Origin: Leucoraja erinacea
Lineage: Eukaryota
DNA length: 64,000 nt
Direction: 5' to 3'
Assembly: GCF_028641065.1 (NCBI RefSeq)
Contig: NC_073382.1
Span: 59,396,001 to 59,460,000, forward strand
The notes below the pieces were generated by a model. That model saw nothing but the letters and a program-made list of their open reading frames with translations, was not told the DNA's origin and made no database searches. The translations under genes were made by a program, and so were the position numbers. Below are positions 25,395-38,556 of this stretch, one piece after another. How positions within the stretch are numbered: the stretch's first letter is position 1; each line of letters opens with the position of its first letter.

Positions 25395-27030
25395 GCAGGG
25401 TGAGGGGCCAGAGGGGAATCCCTTCCCATCCAAACCACCCTTTCCCCAGGTACTTTTCCCTGCAACCGTAGGAGATGCAACACCTGTCCCTATACCTCTT
25501 CCCTCAACTCTGTCCAAGGACCCCGAAAGTCCTTTCAGGTGAGGCAGAGGTTCACTTGCACCTCCTCCAGCCTTATCTACTGTATCCACGGTTCCAGGTG
25601 TGGACTCAACGCAAATTAGAGGAACGGCACCTTATATTTCGTTTGGGCAGCTTACAACTCAGCAGTATGAATATTGACTTCTTTAACTTCAAGGAATCCT
25701 TGCTGTCCCTCTCTCTCCATTCCTCCCCCAACCTAGTTTCATTGTTTTCCAGATTAAATTTTACTCATTGTAGGTATGTTACAAAACCTACCTGAATCGT
25801 GGCTGAGCATCTGCCCTACCCCATGTGCGCGATTTTGCCGCTGTTTAGAGGGGGCGGGTTTAAAACGCGATTTTTACTAGGCTGTTGCAATCGAAAATGT
25901 TCAGCCTAGTAAATCATTAACTATAAATCGCTGAAAGACCCCGTCGCAAAAGGTATTATTAGTTTTTATGGCCTTGTATAATAGTTATAGTAGTTTAAAA
26001 ATCACTCTTGTCAACCCGCAACCTCTCGCAGCCCCAGGGTTTTATAAAGCAAACAATTAAAGGTATGTACCTTATTTTTACATTAAATGGGGCTTGTATA
26101 TAACCCTGTATATAAAGTTTTCTATAGCAAATAGTTCATTTTGGGCTCTTTATAATCCGCAGTATTTTTCTGGGCATTTGGGGGCACAAATCCAGCGCAA
26201 TGTGAACGTTCTAAACCAGCGCGTTCACAGGAACCCACTAGAAAGCCGATTTAAATTGACTTTAATTTACAGCAATTGAACACTAAAGTCCTTCCATTTG
26301 GCCTATAAATTGATGTAAATGAGATTTAAAAATCATGTTTTATTGTGAATTATTTGTGAATATTATTTGGACACTTGGGCTATTTAAAAATGTTAATCAT
26401 TTATTATGAAATGGATAGATGTTTAGATCTAGTAATTGAAGCTTGAAATTAGCTACAATTGGGTAACTAACTAATTATATGCTTTAATTTCAGGTCATCC
26501 AAATAAGATTATTTCATATTTGTTTCAGAATGCTTCAATCTATAATAACTGAAATTTTCATTCAGTTCTCTTAATTTTTAAGAAGGTTATGGGCTTTTGA
26601 CTGTCCACGATCACAGCTTTTTTGTTATGTCCATAGAAAATCAATAGGGAACAAGATGCTAATTTCCGAGTATGAAAATGGCCATAACTCTTTTATTACT
26701 TGAGATATGAAAGTGAATTAGGTGTCAAATTAAACTTATTGTTATGCTTTATCTGATGGGATAAATTGATGACTTGATTTTTTAAATCTCAAAATTTTGT
26801 AACATTGCTACTGATTGTATGCTTCGTTGTCACCTCCCCCTCAACTAACAATGATCCATTCTACAATTTCTTGATCATCGTCCCCTTTGATCTCTCGTTT
26901 TCACACCTTACTCTTCCATATCTTTAACTCCCTCGCTCCTGACTGTCTGAAGAAGGGCCTCGACCCAAAATGTCACCCATTCCTTCTCTCCTGTCCCGCT
27001 GAGTTACTCCAGCATTTTGTGTCTATCTTA
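25395..27030 (+). mobile_element. Penelope-like fragment split by a DNA transposon
   Basis: QRKLEERHLIFRLGSL motif; the 3' part resumes after 26817. Confidence 0.7.
25771..26810. mobile_element. Non-autonomous TIR DNA transposon (~1 kb)
   Basis: TIRs TAGGTATGTTACAAAA / TTTTGTAACATTGCTA; imperfect 7-8 bp TSD CTCATTG / CTGATTG. Confidence 0.75.
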
Positions 27031-27207
27031 GGTTACAATTCATACACAACATGAACGTTTATGGATGCAGCTTTCAATATTTCTGTATAAGCTGGCAGTC
27101 ATACACATGAAAAATTCAACCGAGAGGTCAAAATATAAATTAGGAAGTCCAAACTATATCAGTAGTGTACTGTAAAATATGTGTTTCACTTTTTTTTAAT
27201 GACATAA

Positions 27208-27339
<132 letters not shown>

Positions 27340-27409
27340 CTTGGAGCAATGACGATTCAGATTATTTTATTACTATTATGTTATGTCACTGATAATTTAG
27401 ATATTTTGT

Positions 27410-27469
27410 AATAAAGTTACTATTACTTGAATGCTTGGCACACTGAACTTGAGTGTTATCAAAAATAAA
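27410..27469 (+). terminator. MITD1 polyadenylation signals
   Basis: AATAAA at 27410-27415 and 27464-27469, followed by T-rich sequence. Confidence 0.65.
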
Positions 27470-29227
27470 CTGAAAATACTAAACCTAACAATTCAGCAGG
27501 GTTTTTTAAAAATGTTTAATATTTTGGTATACAATTGTTTTTTTGTTACAGCCCCATGTTAACTTCAGTGTATGACTTCTATATACACAGTGCAGGACCA
27601 GTAAGGTAGAGAACAATACATTTTAATAAGGGGTACTGGGTTACAACAATGCTGGAAATTAACTACATGCTGTTCCTCATCCGAAGCATGAATTTCATTT
27701 GATATACATTCCCATGTCAGCTTCACACCACTTGCACCATACAAAAATATTAAATACATATTCAATTAGTTTACTTCATACATGCTGTGACTTAAAAGTA
27801 ATAATAATGCCCACAATTTATATTCTGTCAGGTCTTCAAAAGGTTCATAAGTGGCCTGTATTCTCTTTACCACCCAAGATTGCTGTATTGTCAGTTTAAT
27901 TTTCCATGTATCGATTTCTAATAACAACAGTAAACATATCTACATAAACTTCATTTTTCTGTATGGGAAAAAAATGAACGTGGACACTTACGATTTTGAA
28001 AAATCAGATTGGTATGAGAGTCATTACCAATAGCTTTTAAAACAATTTTAACGAGAGTACTGGTTCATACCTCAATGTAGACTTGTAAATTCAAAGGTAA
28101 ATTGTTTAAACCAGGCTAAGAAAATACATTTGTGATTTTCCAAGTGGCCTTTGAGTTAAAGCTTCTATATACAAAATCCTATTTTTATTTTTATCAATCA
28201 TTTGTCCAGAGAAAAATAACATACAAATGCTGAGACAAAAACCTACCATTTAAAAAAAAAAGTAGTAAGAAGTCAGGATGTCACACATATTTTAAGCAGT
28301 CCTTGAAAAATTAAGTTTAATTCAAAAGTGCCAATACTTTAGCAATGTTTATGCAATTCCTACTATAACCAAAAGCTCTGCAATAGCAGCTCATCAATAC
28401 TTAAAGTTAGCAGAGGCATAGCCACAACAAAAAGTTTTTAATCCATATTACTGAAGCTAGAGTATAGATATTTAACAGAATATGCAAAAGCCATCATGAT
28501 CAAACAGTCGGAAACAAATGCAGGAAAGCTACCAGAAAAGACCAGCCTCTTCAAAGCTCTGCAATGATCAGCCCAGAGAGCAATTCATAGCATGCTATTT
28601 TAATCACTATTAACTACATGTTCATTCTCACTGGGAATATTACACAAGTATAATGAGGCCCAACAAATCAGTTAGATTATCACTTTAATGCTTAAAGCAA
28701 ATTGCACCTCTGTATTGCAATTTTTCTATACAAAGTGTATACAGTACCATATAAAGTCTATACAGTACTGCATCATGGGTATTAAGAAATATACTAATTT
28801 GTTCAGAATAAATTGTGAAAATTACTGTGTACAAACCTTGGGATTTATGAAACTCTTCAACCGAAGCATGATGCTTAATATTTATGTATTTCTTTTAAAA
28901 TTAAAACAATAAGTGTATTATTAGAAGTTTTATTTTCAAGGCTATACATTTCTTTTGAAACGTGTTGAACAATATAAAAAATGCATTGTGAAATTATACA
29001 ATACTATAATAATTGTAAATGCTGGGGCAAAAATAAAGCATTGGAATTTGCTAATATCATAAAATAAACTTATTACAGATTATATCATTAAGCTCTTATT
29101 CAAAGACAAGTTTAGTAAATGCAGCAACCTTGAACTTAAAGTGCCATATACCTTAGGAGAAAAATAATAAGGCTTTTACTGTTATACAGCAGTAAAATTT
29201 AATTGTTAATATTTTATGAGATGTTTT

Positions 29228-30010
29228 CTATTTATAACGGACTAGACGTAAGACCTTATAATTCATGAAGTCAGAGGAATCTGGCTGTAGTGAATCTACA
29301 TGAAATCCATCACTCATTGCTGTTTTAAGCACTTCTTCTACAAACAACTGAAAATTGTTAACTTGCTCATTTGCAGGCACAGTCCAAAGTCTTTTTAAGT
29401 TTTGTTGTGTGTATTCATCTTCAGGCAATACTGCTACATGCCCAACCCACTGCAATGTCAAATGGTGTGGATCCTTCTTCTCATAACCAATTGGAAAAAG
29501 TCTACCATTAACAAAGTAACAAAACTTGGAGCTCAAATGCTTCAAAAAATCAGCTGATGTGCAAAATATGTTGGCATCAAAGACATCTGTGCTGCACGAG
29601 GTTAGGTTGTACATTTGTGGAGCTGGCTTTACAGTGAAGTACACAGTTTGCAGTCTCTGGTCCAGAGTAATGTTGAGCATTGCATTCCTTTCCGCCTTAG
29701 CATTTTCAGACTCTCTCTCCTGCAAGGCTGCGATTAAAGGCTGGATCTGGTAAAAATCCGCTTCTCTCTTCAACAGCCTAACTTCTTGAAAATCATCTGG
29801 GAGGTCGAGGTTTGATGTGCGCAAAAAATTTAGAATATATCGAAATATTTTCCCATCTCGATCTATGAAGTAATTTCCACGCTGATCACTGGTTGAAGGC
29901 ATTTTCCCACTAAACATTACTCCCAGCATTGAGTCTGGGTAACGTGTTAAAGTTGCCAGAGAACTGGTGTACAATTTCCCTCCTACATTTATTGTTATGG
30001 GATCAGACAT
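29228..30010 (-). CDS. KCTD21: BTB/POZ domain-containing protein KCTD21, single coding exon
   Basis: MSDPITINVGGKLYTSSLATLTRYPDSMLG...FIDRDGKIFRYILNFLRTS (T1-BTB). Acceptor CAG at 30045-30047. Divergent from USP35, as in mammals. Confidence 0.93.
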   Translation of the reverse strand: MSDPITINVGGKLYTSSLATLTRYPDSMLGVMFSGKMPSTSDQRGNYFIDRDGKIFRYILNFLRTSNLDLPDDFQEVRLLKREADFYQIQPLIAALQERESENAKAERNAMLNITLDQRLQTVYFTVKPAPQMYNLTSCSTDVFDANIFCTSADFLKHLSSKFCYFVNGRLFPIGYEKKDPHHLTLQWVGHVAVLPEDEYTQQNLKRLWTVPANEQVNNFQLFVEEVLKTAMSDGFHVDSLQPDSSDFMNYKVLRLVRYK

Positions 30011-30454
30011 ATTGAATGGATATTGTGTTGTTAATTCCTATAATCTGTTTCATAAAAAGGGAGATAAAGAGAAAAAGATTTTATGAAACAGTGCTTAATG
30101 CAAAGGTCATAAACATTCTGTACTAAACAGTCGTACTGCTTCTACCCTATGTACAAAAGATTTATTATGTGAATGAGTTGCAACTATGTATTCTTCACTA
30201 CATAGGCAAGCACATATTGCATTTTTGTGATTCTATTTCGTGTTCCAACATCCCTGGGGGAAAAAAAGGGATTGGCTTTGTTACAGACAAATTGTGATGT
30301 GGCTAATACTGAAAAGTGGAAAGCGAGATGGTGTCAATATTGGTAAAGGAGGGAATATATATTGGAGACAAGGTTGATATAACTAAGAAAATACACAGTA
30401 AGTATGGTTGGAATACGTTTTTTTTTAAACATAAATTACATGTTGTCTACTGCA

Positions 30455-31043
30455 GAAGTACAGGGTCTTGGTGAGACCACACCTGGAGTATTGCGTACAG
30501 TTTTGGTCTCCAAATCTGAGGAAGGGCATTATTGCCATAGAGGGAGTGCAGAGATGGTTCACCAGACTGATTCCTGGGATGTCAGGACTGTCTTATGAAG
30601 AAAGACTGGATAGACTTGGTTTATACTCTCTAGAATTTAGAAGATTGAGAGGGGATCTTATAGAAACTTACAAAATTCTTAAGGGGTTGGACAGGCTAGA
30701 TGCAGGAAGATTGTTCCCGATGTTAGGGAAGTCCAGGACAAGGGGTCACAGCTTAAGGATAAAGGGGAAATCCTTTAAAACCGAGATGAGAAGAACTTTT
30801 TTCACGCAGAGAGTGGTGAATCTCTGGAACTCTCTGCCACAGAGGGTAGTTGAGGCCAGTTCATTGGCTATATTTAAGAGGGAGTTAGATGTGGCCCTTG
30901 TGGCTAAGGGGATCAGGGGGTATGGAGAGAAGGCAGGTACGGGATACTGAGTTGGATGATCAGCCATGATCATATTGAATGGCGGTGCAGGCTCGAAGGG
31001 CCGAATGGCCTACTCCTGCACCTAATTTCTATGTTTCTATGTT
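30455..31043 (+). mobile_element. Young CR1-type LINE 3' fragment
   Basis: ORF 30468-30950 ([13 protein letters not shown]...) and TTCTATGT tail. Confidence 0.9.
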
Positions 31044-33660
31044 ATTTTATATCAGATTGTGGGAAGGAAATAAGAGGCAATCTGTGAACAGATTACATAC
31101 ACAGAAATAACATTAATACAGAGACACAAGTGACTGCAGATTCTGGCATTTGAGCAAAAAAAATAATGCTGTAAGAACTAAGAGGGTCAAGCAGCTTCTG
31201 TGGAGGCAAAGGGATGGTCAATGTTTTAGGTCTCCACCCGAGGCGATCAAAATTATTACTGTTTTAATTATTTGTCTGACGTTTGGTCCAGAATTTAAAA
31301 GGAGAAAAGGGAACGGAATTACAAGAGTAACAAGGGATCCTTCTTTAAAGTTAGGAGATAGTATGGTTGGGTCTCATTTTGATTTTTTGTTTTTTAAAGT
31401 TGAATAAATGTGGAAGGAGCATCTTACAACTTGGTCACAACTTGATTAAAGTCAAAACAAACTAGTTCACAACATTTTAAAAATAGTTATGATAAATGAG
31501 ATATAGTGAAAAGACAAATTGTCAATTTGTGTTGGAAGGAACTGCAGATGCTGGTTTAATCCTACGATATACATAAAATGCAGGAGTAACTCAGTGGGAC
31601 AAGCAGCATCTCTGGAGAGAAGGAACGATCGTCTATGTGTTGTCCAGCAATTGCAAGATGATTTCAAAATCAGATGAAAGGTAAAAAATTATTTTATTTC
31701 ACTGAAAAGCACACACATTTTCAGATGTCCTCAGTAGGTGAAACTGAAGATGGCCCAAGGCAAACAACATCATGAAATCAGCACATACAGTATACCCGCT
31801 CTTATAGGAAATAAATAGACTGATTCGATTTTCTTTTGCTTTAGCAGATTATAGAATTTCTCAGCATCATGAAAGTTAGATAGAAGCAAAAGTATCAATG
31901 GGTAAAATGTCAGGAGCACAAGGTCACAGATCAAGGAATAAAAGCTATGGATTTATAACAGAAGACAGCAGAAACATTTTTATATGAGAATTCAGACAAC
32001 AGAACTTACTTTCAGAATTAATAGTTAAAGTAGAAAATATGACAGCATCTAAGTGGACATTTTATTGGAACAAATTAATGGAAAATAAAAGCAGTTTTCC
32101 ATGAAAAACATTGTGAACATTAACCATTGTGGCTTAACGCAACAGCCTTACTTCTACAAAAGGACTGGATTAGAGTTAAAATCCAGGCTGACACTACACT
32201 GCCACTTTGAAAAAGTGTTCCACTATCAGAGATTTAATCTTTCAATTAAAGCATGAAATCAAACCCCCTATATTTCATGTAAAGGGAATGCAAGAAATAT
32301 AAAGGTAGTATTTGGAACAAGAAGTGGTTTTCTATAATCATCTTCAACATTGGTCATTTTCACATTCCTACAATGCAATAGAGATGAGACTTGAAAGAGC
32401 GCTGAATGTAAAGCACTTTTAGACAGACAGTGAAATGTGAAAGATGCAATGAAAATATTTTTTTCCCCAATAAATATCTGTAGAAAGCTACAGAAATCTA
32501 ATTAAAATGTGAATAAGACCATAGACTAATAATTGTTGACCTGAAATGTATTCATTAACTAAATTACTGAACAATTTAAATATTTTTATTTGATCAGAAA
32601 AAAAAATCAGCACGATCATGCAAGCATTACTAATTAATATTTTGAGAAGATTAGAGAGATGGAATATAACACTGATAGGCTAGGAAATAAAATAGTAAAT
32701 ATTGTGAATGCTATTTAGACAAAGTTAGACGATGTTCGAAAATGTCTCTCACATTCATATGATGTACTTTAATGCACAAAGCATTTGATGTACTTTATTC
32801 TCCTCACTAGGAACATGACGGTCAGGCTACAAGGAGATAATGGGCACATACTTGAATTGGCAAGAGGTACTTTTGCTATCTGTGATGGTACTCCATTTAT
32901 ATGATGGAACAAAAAGACATCTAAAAGAGTTTATCATTGATTAAAAAAAAAAAAGCACTGTAGATGGAAGCATGGCATTACCACAATGTCAAACAAAATT
33001 TTATATTGAACCTTTAAGATATTAACAAAGATGGCAGTCAAAACAGCTGCTATTACAGGGCATGTAATTAAAAAAAAGTGAAGGGAGGTAATTTTGGAGT
33101 TTATTGCCTTGATAACTGAAGGTGTGGCAGTCAACAAATTATGACAACGATCAAGGTGCGAGAATTGGAGAGATGCAGATTTCACAGAAGATTAGAGAGA
33201 TGGTATATAACACTGATAGACTGGAAAATAAAATTGTAAAAATGCCAAATTCCTTATCCATTATTTAATGCAAGTCACGACCATGGGAACAGGATTTGCT
33301 GCTAGAAAGTACACAGGCTGCATGCAGGGGTTTGGACAACAAATATTTCAGAAAGTTCAAGTTTGGTTAACTAGGGGATTATTACTCAATTTAGGAGGAC
33401 AAAGGAGAGCACTCACTGAAGAAAATACTGGAAAAACTTAGCAAGCTAGGAAAGGGGGACAATTAACATTTCAGGTCTGTGTTCCATCACTGTTCATGGT
33501 TTCTCTTTCTAGAAATGCTGCCTCACTTGCTGAGTTTTGGCAGCAGTTTTTGGTTTTTATCTCAAATTTCCAGAATCTCTGCAATCCCCCCTCCCCATCT
33601 TCACTAATGAGCATTTTCTAAATAGGGAATAACTGGAAGAAAGAGGCGAAATTTCAGATA

Positions 33661-34990
33661 CAGGTGCACAACCTTTTATCCGAAAGCCTTGGGACCAGAC
33701 ACTTTTCGTAATTCAGAATTTTTCGGTTTTCGGAATGGAAGATTTTTAGCGTAGATTTTAACGGCTGGCTCAGTGGTAGAGTGCTCGGCTCGTATCCGTA
33801 AGGTCGCGAGTTTGCGCCTCGATCCCGGCAGTTACTCGATCGCGAGTTTGAGTCTTCAATGTAGGTTTTTCTTGCAGAATAGGAGAGAATAGGGAGGGTT
33901 AGGCTGGGATCATTCTCTGCGAGATGATCTTAGTGCGGGAGACAAGTGTAGGAGAGGTGTACTGACTGTGGGCAGAACTTTGGATGTGATTGCCCACCAT
34001 TCTCAAAAGCCGCTGTGTCTCCCTGTCCCTCCAACTCCAGAGGAATCCGCTCCCCGATGGGCCGCAACGGCGACAAGTGGCAGTTTGCCCACAGCCCGAG
34101 CTGCGCCCCCTCATCCGCAACCCGGGTTCCTCTGGAGTTGGAGCGGGGCTGGGCTAGAGTTGCTGCTGGCTGTGAGTCTCTGGGATCTCCGTGCTTGCAG
34201 TCGGTGTCCCGTTGGTCCTGACGTCTCTGGTCACCCCCCCTGGAATGGAGCTGAGACTGGGAACTTTACCGCCCTTGCCCCCTCCCTCTGCAACTGCAAA
34301 CAACCCCACAGTTCCCAGTCTCAGCTCCTGTACAGGGGGGTGGACGGAGACGTCACAGCCCGAGCCATCAGCTTCTGTCCCTACGGGGACAGCGGAGAGC
34401 GTGTTCCTCTGGAATTGGAACGTGGCTGGGCTGCTGCTGGCTGTGGGTCTCTGGGATCTCCGTGCTTGCAGTGGGCCTGGGGGTTGGTGTCCCGTTGGTC
34501 CTGACGTCTCCGGTGACTGGCACTAGCTCCGACGTGAAGACAGTGCAAAGCCCCCGCGCCGGTGCAATGCGCGGGGAGCTGGAGAGGGGAGGGAAGGGGT
34601 CACACACATGGCCGGGAAGCAGAGGGGTGTAGGTGGGGTGAAACTTAAGGGAGCGACAATTTGCTGCTGCCTGCTGAGTTAAAAAAGTTCCCACGCAAGA
34701 CTCACGATACACTGTGTATCGTGAGTCTACCGTGGGAACTTTTTAACCTCAGCGGGCAGGCAGCAGCAGATTGTCAATTATTAACCCTCCCGCGCAATAT
34801 ACCCTCACCTTTTCTTTTATGAATGGGGATTTAGTTCCCCTTTCTTCGAGGACCGACCGGAGGTTCCGCTGTCACCTCTGCGGGCCGCCCTCGGTGAACG
34901 TTTTCAAGGACCTTTCTTCAAGGACTGAAAAAATGTTGCTATTCGGAGGTTTTCGTTATTTGGATCTTCGGATAAAAGGTTGTGCACCTG
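33661..34990. mobile_element. Tc1/mariner(pogo)-type MITE, same termini as 15427-16351 but a different interior
   Basis: TIRs CAGGTGCACAACCTTTTATCCG with TA TSD; internal direct repeats and a hairpin at ~34662-34769. Confidence 0.85.
33763..33830 (+). other. Degenerate tRNA-like segment inside the MITE
   Basis: A-box-like TGGCTCAGTGGTAG, anticodon-arm-like CTCGG-CTCGTAT-CCGTA, degenerate T-arm. Confidence 0.55.
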
Positions 34991-35687
34991 TACTTGCACT
35001 TGGATCTTTATAAAGTCATTACCAGACACCCACCCCCCAAAAAAATAGAAAGATTAATATTAGCATTGAACTCTATCTAAAGAACTAAAATGCAATGGGG
35101 TAGAGGCTATTCTGGAACCAGGCACATGCCTGCTCTGACTAAAATTATGAAATTACAATTATTAAATATGAATAGTAAAGGCATGGGAGAATTATGCCTA
35201 TCTAAGAGATCGATGTCTTAGGTAGGCATAATTTTCCGTGCCTTTCAATCGCAGCACTTGCAACACGTGAAGGTCTGTGCAGCCCACGTGCCGTCAGCGC
35301 TGCTTCAAGCCGTCAATTTAAAGCGGGGATGAAGGCAGCTGAAATTCTGCCTTTGCAGTACTGGGCTTGCGCAGCAGCCTTCTGCGCATGCGCACCGCAA
35401 GTTTCTTGGCGGGTTTTTTAAATATGGATTGTCATTATTTTAAGAGTATCTTAGGAAACAAAGAGAGAAGAATGGAGTTTGTGTACCAATAACGTGGTAA
35501 GTACATTTCTTGGTGCTTTATGTTTTTAAATACCGTATTTCCCGGGGTCGGTGGGGAGAGCTCCTTTCACAGTGTTTGGGGAGTCTGGCCCGGGGTAAAG
35601 TTGCGGGGAGGGCAGGAGCGTTGTGAAGGAGGGGGTCGGGGCACGGAGCCACCGCATTGTGGCCGCGGAGTGAATTAGCTCGGGTAG

Positions 35688-36166
35688 CTGCCGCAGTGCT
35701 CTGGGCATGGACAGCAGAACTGGCCGCCACTTCCGAGGAAGGAAGTAGCTCAGGTGACTGCGAGTGGCTGCCGGGACCCGGCAGCAGAACCGGCTGCCAC
35801 TTCAGCCCCTTCTGCTGGTCCCCGCTCACCTCTGGCAGTGCTCTCTGTCTGAACATCTCTCTCCTGCCGCTCGCCGGTCGGCTTCCCGCAAATCCTTAAA
35901 TTCCGACAGCCCGCTCAAGGGACCAATTGAGGTTACTCGGCTGTGGGAATTTAAGGATTTGCGTGAAGCGGCTGACATGAGTGAAACAGGTGAGAGGTGT
36001 TCAGACGGAGAGCACTGCAAGAGGTGAGCGGCCCCGGCAGAAGGCGCTGAAGTGGCAGCCGGTTCTGCTGTCGTTCCCGGCGGTCGCTCTCAGTCACCCG
36101 AGCTGCTCCCTTCCCCGTATGTGGCGGCCAGTTCTGCTGTCCGTGCCCGGAGTGCTGTGGCAGCGG
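35688..36166. repeat. ~480-bp imperfect GC-rich palindrome
   Basis: ~35688-35911 is the reverse complement of ~35939-36166, with a short spacer. Confidence 0.85.
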
Positions 36167-36799
36167 TGAGTGAGTCTGACATGATCTCCGACCCCCTCCT
36201 TCTCTACACTCCTGCCTTCCCCGCATCTTTAACCCCTGGCACAGACTCTCCACACGCTGTGAAAGGAACTCTCCCTCCAATTGGACCCTTGAATTAGTAT
36301 TGTCATTCAATAAGATGACAACTGATTCAACATCCCGGTGTGCTCCCGTTTTCCCACCATCTCTCCACCTGCCTTCATCCTCCATCCCCCACCCATTCAA
36401 TAATTTAAAAATGAAGGAGATTTAGAAGCCTTGGGAAAATTGAATTGTTACTTATTTTAATTTTTTACAGAGAGAACAATCTGCGCATGCGCGGTTTAAG
36501 ATTTTTTTTTAAAGCCTACCTTGAGTAATTACTCACGGCACGTGCCTGTCTGCAACATAGCCCTGGTTACACCCAGAATACTCTGATTAGTTCTGAGAAT
36601 CATACGTAAGAAAATATATTAGCCTAGGAGAGAGTATTGGGATGACATTTGGACCCAAACGGATAAATTACAAAACAATAATGTGGTTATATTCTTGGAA
36701 TTAATATTTAATGGAGCTGATTAGTATTATGAACGAGAATAGGATAAATAGTGCGAAACCAAAAGGCTGGGGTCATTGCACAAATCAACCCTTGCAATA

Positions 36800-38550
36800 T
36801 CGAAAGCTGTACGCTTAGCCCCTTGCTCTATTCTTTACATCCATGCTGTGCTGCTAAGCGCACGACTAATCTCAGTAGGTCAAGCAGCATTTCTAAAAAG
36901 GGAATCAACCCGTGCCTAAGAAATGACTGGGATAGACTTCAGTTTGCCTGTCATTACAACTGGTCACTGCAGATACTATCTCACTGGCTCCCCACTCTGC
37001 ACTGGGCTATCTAGAAAGCAAGAACACATATGTCAGTCTGCTGTTCATCGACTACAGCTCGGTATTCCTCTCCAAACTTATGTCATCTCCAAGACCTGCG
37101 GTAGGTACAAAATGCTGGAGTAACTCAGCGGGACAGGCAGCATCTGTAGCGAGAGAAGGATTGGGCGACGCTTCTTCACACTGATGTCGGGGAGGGGGCG
37201 GGACAAAGACCTCCAAGACCTTCCCTCCAAGACTTAAGCCTCTGCACCTCTGCTTGCCACTGAATCCTTGACTTCCTCATCAGCAGATCTTAATCAGTGC
37301 GGATTGGTAACAACACGTCCTCACTGATCATCAACACAGGTGCATATCAAACTGTATGCTTAGCCCCCTGCTCTAATCTTTATATCCATGCTGTGTGGCC
37401 AAGCGCATAGCCAATGCAGCTATAGATTTGACGATGCAGTACTGTTGTTGGACGAAGCATGGATGGTAATGAGTAAGCGTACAGAAGAGTGTAAGAATAC
37501 CTGGTTGAGTGGTGCCAACAATTTCACACTCAACGCCAACAAAACCCAGGGAGAAGAGTCAAGAGTGTTTAATTGTCATATGTACTGACACGGAACAATG
37601 ACATTATTTCTTACTACAGCTTACCAGAACCATTAATGCAATACCCACAGTTAAATATTTACTAGTCAATAATACAGTAAATTAAAGACCATTATACTAG
37701 GTAATGCTCACTGTGCAAAACCAAAGTCCACAGTGCAACCAAAGACACAGTTTATCGAAGGTCATAATTGCTGAGGTAGTGATTATAATTGGTGAGGTTG
37801 CTGCTGTGTAGTGTTCGAAACCCTGATGGTTTATCAGGAATAAGCTGTTCTTGAACCTGGTGGTCACGGTTTTCAGGCCCCTGTACCTTCTTGTCGATGG
37901 TAGTGGCATGGTCAGGGTGCTTTATATCATTGATGATATTGGCTGCCATTTTGAGGCATGCTCCTATGATCCCTTTGATATTGGGAGGTCAGTACCTGTG
38001 ATGGGGTCAAGGAAAGAGCGTTCACGTCGCGGCCCTGTTTTCACCAATCTTTCCACCACCATGTACAAGAAGCCCAAGACACACCATTGTTTGCAGATGC
38101 CAAGAAGTATTTTCAGCTCTGGCTGAACAACTTCTAATCTTGTGTGTGGGCTCGATAAGAAGAGGAAGTACCTGCCATGGACCGGGCAATGTCTGTAGCT
38201 TCCTTCGCTCTTGGACGTTCGAGCAGCCAAATCAGGCTGTGATGTAGCGAGCCAAAATGCACTCTGCCATACACCTGTAGAAGTTCAATAGAGTGTTTAA
38301 TCCTGAAACTTCTCAAATCTTTCAAGGAAGTAGAGGTGTTGACGATCTTTCTATCTGATTGCACCGATATAGTAGTCCTTGGACAGATTTTTAAGAGATA
38401 TGATGCACAGGAACGTGAAGCTGTTGACTCTCTCCACATTCCATTGATGAAGACAGGAAGCATCTATCGGAAGGATTGTCACCCTCCAGGCTCTGCCCAC
38501 TTCCGCTGCTGAAGTTGCACATCCAGGTTCAGGAACAGCTACCAGGTTCT
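36800..38550. mobile_element. Mosaic of degraded Rex1/Babar-like LINE and SINE fragments
   Basis: LSPLLYSL and LPSTRRYRGLKTVTTRFKNS-type ORF remnants on both strands. Confidence 0.6.
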
Positions 38551-38556
38551 TGAACT

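Noticed and set aside
33763-33830. Functional tRNA gene
   Set aside because: The acceptor stem and T-loop are degenerate and it sits inside a MITE.
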